From Nymphaea colorata (Eukaryota), in contig NC_045138.2 in assembly GCF_008831285.2 (NCBI RefSeq), positions 10,106,001 through 10,170,000 of the forward strand: 64,000 nucleotides of DNA, read 5' to 3'. The position numbers and the translations under genes are program-made. Below are positions 56,963 through 64,000 of this stretch, piece after piece. Under the pieces are notes generated by a model, which made no database searches, was not told the DNA's origin, and worked only from the letters and a program-made list of their open reading frames with translations. The first letter of the stretch is position 1, and each line of letters opens with the position of its first letter.

Positions 56963-57729
56963 ATATATATATATATATATAACTAAAATTAATCTTGACA
57001 ACCTTGTTCACTTCTCTTTCAATTTAGGGAAGTCAATAAGGTTGTCAGTTATCATATTTAATTCTTTGGATACATATGATTATTGGACAGGGAGAGAGAT
57101 GTTATGCAGACGGCATGAAGCTGGGGATGGAAGAGGCAGGAAGGGTACAAATACCAAGAATACCCAATGGCGGAAAGGAGTTGGTACGGCTATTAAGTAA
57201 GTGAAGAACAAGGCCGGGTTTAGAAAAGATACGCATGACATGGACAACAGCCATGTTCTTTTGTTTTCTAATGTGCGCGTACTTATATCAGAGGCATAAA
57301 GCTTCTGTTCTCTTGTGTCCTTGAAATTGGTGGACAACCCAACCGAAGCATTAATTAAACATATATTGATCGTATTGCCTTATGTGGGAGTCCACAGGCG
57401 CCCTTGCTCTCGCCCAACAACTCTGAGTTGTCTTTGTGCGGACATGGTGACAAACAGGTAGCAGTCTCCCGACGTTGCGTTACTATTTAGGTTGCATTTG
57501 GTTCCCGGTAGAGATCAGATAGCCACCCATCTGATACCAGGTCGCTCAACCACAAGAGCCTGGCTTTCTGGTTGTCAACTGTCTTTGCATGCATTGGTGA
57601 GTGCCCTCCATAATCCATTTAGAGTTGTGAACTTTTAATACAATTGTCAATTGGTTTTAAGGGATGTTGTGTAGTTGGTCGGTTTGGTGGTTGGGATGAT
57701 CCCAAGTCATCAATTCAATCGGCTTCCAT

Positions 57730-57926
57730 CAGGGGTAGAGCCATAATTTTTTGTTTGTGGAACACCAAATATATAACAAATTTTCAATTAGCCTTGGGGC
57801 AGTGATTCAAGTCTGGTGGGGCTAATCCATATAATTTGACTCAAATCTATCCGGATCCAACTATTGAAAACAAAGTTTTAGAGTGGCTCATATGTCTCAC
57901 ACAGCCCATACCTCCCTGCGCCCCTG
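57730..57926. mobile_element. MITE with CAGGGGCGGAG-like TIRs (related to 4000-4161)
   Basis: caggggtagag ... ctgcgcccctg. Confidence 0.5.
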
Positions 57927-58906
57927 GTTCCAACGAATGTTATTCTCTTGGTCAATATGAGATAGAGTATGATGCTTAGTGGATACTGAAGTGGGTTATA
58001 TACGCCACCCCTATGCACAAATTTTTCGTGCAGAGGGGTATGCGATGACCAAAATGTCTCCATTAAAATACAAAAAAAAATAATCATGAGGGTAAATAAG
58101 GATTGTAAATGAAGAAAAAGTTTAAAATGTCCTCTACTTTGTAAAAAAAAAAAAAAAAATGCCCTCATCTCCATTTTGGTGTATATTTGTTGCATGCACG
58201 GTAGTGTGCACGCAACTCAAACTCAGTGGATAGTGCATTGGCTCCAATATTTCTGCCCTTGATGCAGCCCTAGATCTGGAGGCAACTTCATCTCTTTTTG
58301 GGCAGCCATCATTCACCAAATACAATTGTCGATTAGCCCAATCTCAATTTCCTTCAACTGAACCGGATTTGAAATTCATAAACAGCCACCCATAAAATCT
58401 TACACTTCTTGTGGGCACCATGTTCTTGGACCATATGGGGTAAGGTGTGACTCCAAGGTAAACAATGCAGGGTCTCCAATATGCACATAGCTCTGGACCC
58501 TTAAAGATGAGGTAAAAGGGGTGGGAGATGGTTCATCTGGGTGGCTCATTCACCTATAAACTTATAAATACAACCATACATAAAAAATTCGGTTTGAGTT
58601 AGGGGACATTAATTTGTTTACTTGGGATCTGAGATTTGAGGTTATTTGAGATTATTTCGACCTCACGTCCAAGGATAGGCACCCTCCTATATATCCAAGC
58701 ATAGATATAAGATTTTGGCTCATACTAAGGATCTCAAATCCTCATAGAGTGAAATCTAGTGTTTGCTTATTTTATTAGTGCAAAAAGGATTTTAGATCTA
58801 TGTTGGATGTGAGATATGAGGCTAGCAAACAAACGGTAGTGATCCTTTGCGTTTGAATATAAACATTTGAATATATGAAAACCTTTAAACCTGTCTGTAG
58901 GGCTAG

Positions 58907-58987
58907 CTAGCTACCTACTACCATGATGTCGACCCAGGTGGGTGTTTGGTCCAATCTCCTTTCGTCTCCAATTACCAACTCTGCCGG
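58907..58987 (-). pseudogene. Probable remnant of an MLO-family first exon
   Basis: Translates PAELVIGDERRLDQTPTWVDIMVVGS*, matching the MLO N-terminal signature R.L(D/E)QTPTW(AV). There is no ATG at the expected place, an early stop, and no downstream MLO exons that I could find. Confidence 0.5.
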
Positions 58988-59543
58988 TCTCAAATTGCCA
59001 CCAGATAATCCAGGCGAACTTTGACCATACATACATCATCCTTCATTTAAGTCTGAGTCTCCTCTCTCTCTCACACACACACATTTAAGAGAGCACATTT
59101 AATTAGTTGTCGCAATGGTGTCCACGGAAGAGCCATCCGTGTAAAGCACGCTTAATTATCGTACGCCACCGTTTGATCTATTTACCGCTTGGTCTCGGAT
59201 GACTTCCAGTTTTTCCGTGCGACCTGTGAACGTCACCAAAGTTGAAAAAAGGATGCCACTTATTTTGACCAAACGTACGGATGCATCTCCTCGGTTAATC
59301 GCTGGGTCCAAACTGAATCTACATGTTTCTAGCTAGAGGGCAATACGGACCAAAGCTGGATACCGGAATCGAACACTGACCCGAAACTAAAATTTGTGGG
59401 CGCAATACTACGATTTTTAGAAACTAATCTCAAAACACACTCAACAAGTAATTAAGGATATAGTAGTCAACGTCTGAAACATGTATGTTCTATATGTAGA
59501 ATCTAATTCCATGTCTAGCCATACATATGTGTGTGTTGGAGCA

Positions 59544-59586
<43 letters not shown>

Positions 59587-62500
59587 ATTCTAGCTTTTGA
59601 GAGTTACTTAGTCATCTAATTAGGTCATTGGGTCGTTTAATCCATTATGATGAATGGTGAAGAGAAAAATAAGAAAAAAAATAAGTTATTGACATTTTCA
59701 TCATCTAGCATTAGTTCTTAAGTTTTTCCTTTTTGTTTTTCTTTTAACCATCATATATATATATGTGTGTGTTGTAGCTAGAAATATAAATGAGTCAGAT
59801 CTGAGTCTGGCAAATGTAGCGGATTTGATAAGAGAATTTTTGTGCTTTTGGGCCATTGGCTCTGACCCAATTGCCGTTGGACCCAAAATGCATTTAGCCA
59901 TCCGGAGCCCAACCCATTCACATCCTTAGATTTGATCCACGAGAGGAGGCTTCACGGATCAGGTCAGATCATTAATTTTAGTAAACACAATTTTTTAAGA
60001 ATGTTGCAACTTCAGAACCGATTCAACTGGATGGTGAATCGGCCGATCGATTCATTAGCAAATCTACATCTCCAGTTGTTTCAGTTCATAAACCGAGTTT
60101 TAGAAAACTGGTTTGTCGATATGTGTTAGATTAATTAGGGCTAGCCCCATCCATATGTGATCAATACTGGAAGTCAAATGGAAGAAACAATGCGCACAAC
60201 TTTAACGCTTTGAATTCTACAAGATCCGAGGCACATTCCTTTCCGTACAAGATGAACATACAACAGATGGTTTCCCTAGCATAAACAATTCCGTTTTCAT
60301 CTTTTTGAATTTCATTATTTTATTGCAAATGCTGCAATGACTTTGCCAAAACAAGCTCTTCGAATAAAAAAAATTGGCTATACTTTTGTATGTTGTCTCG
60401 ACTTTCGTTTTTACTTTTTCATTATAACTAGCTAGTGGCTAGCTTCTCACATTTTTCGTATATATACCTAGCCATCTAACTAAGACCATCTGGTTCGACA
60501 TGATGGATGATTAAGAGAAAAACATGAAAAAAAGGCAATGGCTATTTTAATCATTTAGTATTAGTATTTTCATATATTTTTTTTCTTTATTTTTCCCTCA
60601 ATCATCCATCTATTTTAATTAACGGTCTGATCAGATGACAGGGTAACCAATGAATAGCCACAGTCATCATTCACTATCTACATATATAAACTGGAAAAGA
60701 TAAAAAGTTACTTATGAATTTTAACTTGTTTACATGCTTGTGTGCATCTTGACCATGTGGCCATTGTAAACAGCTTGTTTGGGAAAGCTATTCTTTTGAA
60801 TGCTCTAGTTATAGACAGCAAATAGACATTCTGTCAATTTTAAACCAAGGCAACAATACTTTATTTAGTCAAACCGAAAACATTTGCTTTTAATGAAAAG
60901 ATTGCTACAAAAGAATTTATTTCTAGCGCACGGATCATGCAAAAGATGGTTGAGGGGCCTGATTCATACAAAAATAGTTTTGAAGGGAGAAAAGCAACGC
61001 GTGACAGCATTATAGTCATGAAACAAACCAATCTCGCTCTTTCGTGTATATAATATTTTTAAAATAATGCATCTGAAAAATACACCATATTATATGTTGT
61101 CCCGCCTTTTCTACTACTTCAAGTTTTTTATAGTCGATGAATCCAAATGTTCTAATGTCCTCAGAACTGTAATATTGAAGAAAACCCTACAATTAGAAAG
61201 TATTGATGTATGCATCGGATTTTTGTAAGATGAATTTATTTAATGGAATTAGATTTATTGGCCCATATGTCGCAGCAAACTTTTCAAGATCATTTTAGTC
61301 AATCTTATAGTTTTAGATATTGCAAATATTTTGTATAGTTGTGTGATTTAGAAATACACCATGTAAGGTGTTGCAAAGTGCTCTGGTTACTTGTAGTTGT
61401 TTTTGGTGAATCCAAACAAAGAAACATGTACAACATATAAATTAAAAATCTATAGAAATGGAAAAATTGATGTCAATATTGAATTTTATAAAATAAGATT
61501 ACTTTTAACAATTTTAGATTTGTGGACTTAAAAAATCCGGCCCATGAGGACTTTTGCAATATTGTTTACGATTAATTGGTAGATTTAGTCATTCCAAACA
61601 CATCTATGAGGTTTGATTAACAAGAAAAATTCAGGTGGCTGGCAAACACAACCAATCTTCTTAAATGACATATTTTGAGGCTTCATGTTGTCTACAAATT
61701 AAGAAAACGATGTAGATCAATGTAGGAGATGGGACTTTTAGTCACTTTCCTTAGCTGCACCCATCAACGACTTCCCTAATAAGGAGCAAACATTCTAAGT
61801 GCAGTGGCCTTCCCAAGCATTTAATCAGAAATGCCCTAACCACACCCCCCCCCCCCCAATTACAAAACAGACGGTAAAAGTCTAAATGCCTCTGAATGTA
61901 CAACTATTCAGCAATTACCTACATGCAACCACTAATTTTTTGTCATCAGTTACAGTTATCCTGAAGTCAAGGAATATGTTTATGAACTAGAATACTTATA
62001 GGCTGTAATAAATTTGTTAAAACAAATACATGCATGGTAGAAAGGTGCAAGGAATTGGCATATCTATAAAGTAGTGTCTTAGATTTGTTATTGAAGTAAA
62101 AAGTAGACAAAAGTCCAATTGATCAAGCCTGCAACGAACATGGCTGATTTAAATGAGTTGAAGAAGAAAAGCAAAATGAATAAGTGCATAGAACCCAAGT
62201 TTTGTTGTCTATCTACATCAGAAATGCTAGAAGGGAAAACTGAAATCCATTTGCTCACATGCACATAGTACCTCTCTCATTGATCACATGAACAAAGCAG
62301 TGAACAATGTGATGCAGTTTGAGAATATAAGAAAGATTCACACTTTGAACTACAATAATGCAAAGCAGATGTCGACTTAAATAAACAAAATCGAGAGGTG
62401 TACATGATGGAAATCAGATCAGTAACAACTAGTCCGCGAAGAGATTCAGACCATTATCCCCCAAAAGTAGCAATGGTATAAGGCAGCATGAAGACCGACA

Positions 62501-63517
62501 GCTTAATCAAACAAAATAAATTAATATTCTAGTATATCCATCTTGCCATGTAAATTTGAGACACATCAGAATCTTGAAAGATGAATTATGTCCTTATATG
62601 GCATATATAAGTGTGACAAGCAAAAAGTTAAATAGTCAATGAGGGAATCAATAAGCACTAATTTTGATGCTACTGAATTTGGACCCTATGACAACCCATT
62701 CAGTTAAAAGGTTTTATGAAATTATAAATTTCTATAACACATGCTACACTTTGATGATGATTAAATCACCACATGTATACGGAGAACTTGTTTCACACCA
62801 ACTCTAATTCCTCATCACAATTAGCTTTGTAATTCCACACACATAGATGATGTACATTTTTCACATTAATAAGCCTCACTATAATGAATATCATGAAATA
62901 TTCAAGAGATATTACACATACTGTAATCAATCAAGTGCCTATGGACTACCTGAGAAGTAATTATTTAAAGGTTAGCATACTTCACGTACATAGGGAAAAA
63001 CATATCCATCAAACAAAGAATGAGAACTTAAAGAAAACATAAAAAAAAGGAAAGAACCAGGAATAAAACCTTTGTAACATAGAAGTTGAAAGATTGCAAG
63101 TGGTACATTCATCAGGCCATGTAACATAATTTTGTGCCTAGGCACATTGTACATCTTGTATATTTGATCAGTTTCACTATAAAGAAGACCATGTAATTGG
63201 TAGATATTGATTAAATCAACTTAAAAAAGAAATATGTTCCTCAAAGACGTCAAAGGACTTCATGCCTATAAACATTTGCACAAGTACATATTAGCAATAA
63301 TAAAAGTCAGTTATAATAAACTAACATGTTAAAGTCAATTGATTTTACCTTTGAAGAGGAAAAGGACTTAAGTAAAAACTGCTGCTAATATTGGCCAACT
63401 TCATGTGAACACGATCAACTAGTAACACATCAAACAAATGAATGATATAGAAAATTAATGCTCTATTGCTGCTAATCAGATGACAACATAATTGGGCCTT
63501 TAACAAAATAAATATGA

Positions 63518-64000
63518 TGGTCAAATCAACATCAGGATTGGGGCATAATTTAAAATTGTTAAACAGCTCATTCTAGGATTGTGAGCATAGAGCTAAAACA
63601 TATTGGATCTAAAAGAATTCACATAGTATTAACATGACAACCATAAACAATGGTTCCTATTAGTGCCTACTCCCTAACCCCATAAAACTTTCGGTAACTA
63701 CTTTAGAAAGGCAGTGCTTTAAAACCCTCTCTGTTTCTCTTTAACTTGCAGATTTTTCAATCTGTTATTTCAAAGGTCTCAATAGGTTTATTTTATATTT
63801 AAGAAGAAAATTACTTAATGGTGAAATCAGCAAAAGAATGGGGGATAATCCAAAATTCTTAAATAGCTCATTCTATAATTGTAGAGCATAGACCTAAAAA
63901 ATATTGAACCTCAAGGAATCCTTAGAGCAATAATATACAGTTGACCCCAAATAGTGGTTCCTATTAGTGCTTGCTCCTTAAACCTACAAAACTCTTCAAG
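63518..64000. repeat. Old diverged direct duplication (~63518-63693 and ~63819-64000)
   Basis: Shared blocks agctcattcta, gagcataga and tggttcctattagtgc recur at ~300-bp spacing. Confidence 0.75.

Overview
AT-rich, transposon-dense plant nuclear DNA. I found no prokaryotic features, RNA genes or CRISPR arrays. Host coding sequence is sparse: the last two exons of a cytochrome c6A gene (320-608, +), one intronless 112-aa uncharacterised plant gene (54994-55332, +) and a probable MLO first-exon remnant (58907-58987, -). The main structure is a nest that can be rebuilt to the base. An L1-type LINE (~15800-41870, +) is split inside its endonuclease by a ~22.8 kb CACTA/En-Spm element (16833-39676, 3-bp TSD CAT). 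That CACTA carries decayed Tnp2 and TnpA and a captured, intron-containing DEAD-box helicase fragment (Pack-CACTA). It was later hit by two Ty1/Copia elements: one in the captured helicase exon (19715-25188, TSD CACTA) and one in the Tnp2 HNLDVMH motif (31363-34681, TSD GTAAC). Also present: a 3.3 kb solo LTR with TSD (11542-14812) and an inverted truncated sister copy (4196-6386), another LINE fragment, two decayed Copia remnants, several MITEs, short tandem duplications and microsatellites. I see no clear evidence for a wholly new system; the most notable biology is transposon-mediated exon capture plus a readable insertion order. All homology calls come from motif recognition by eye, not database searches.
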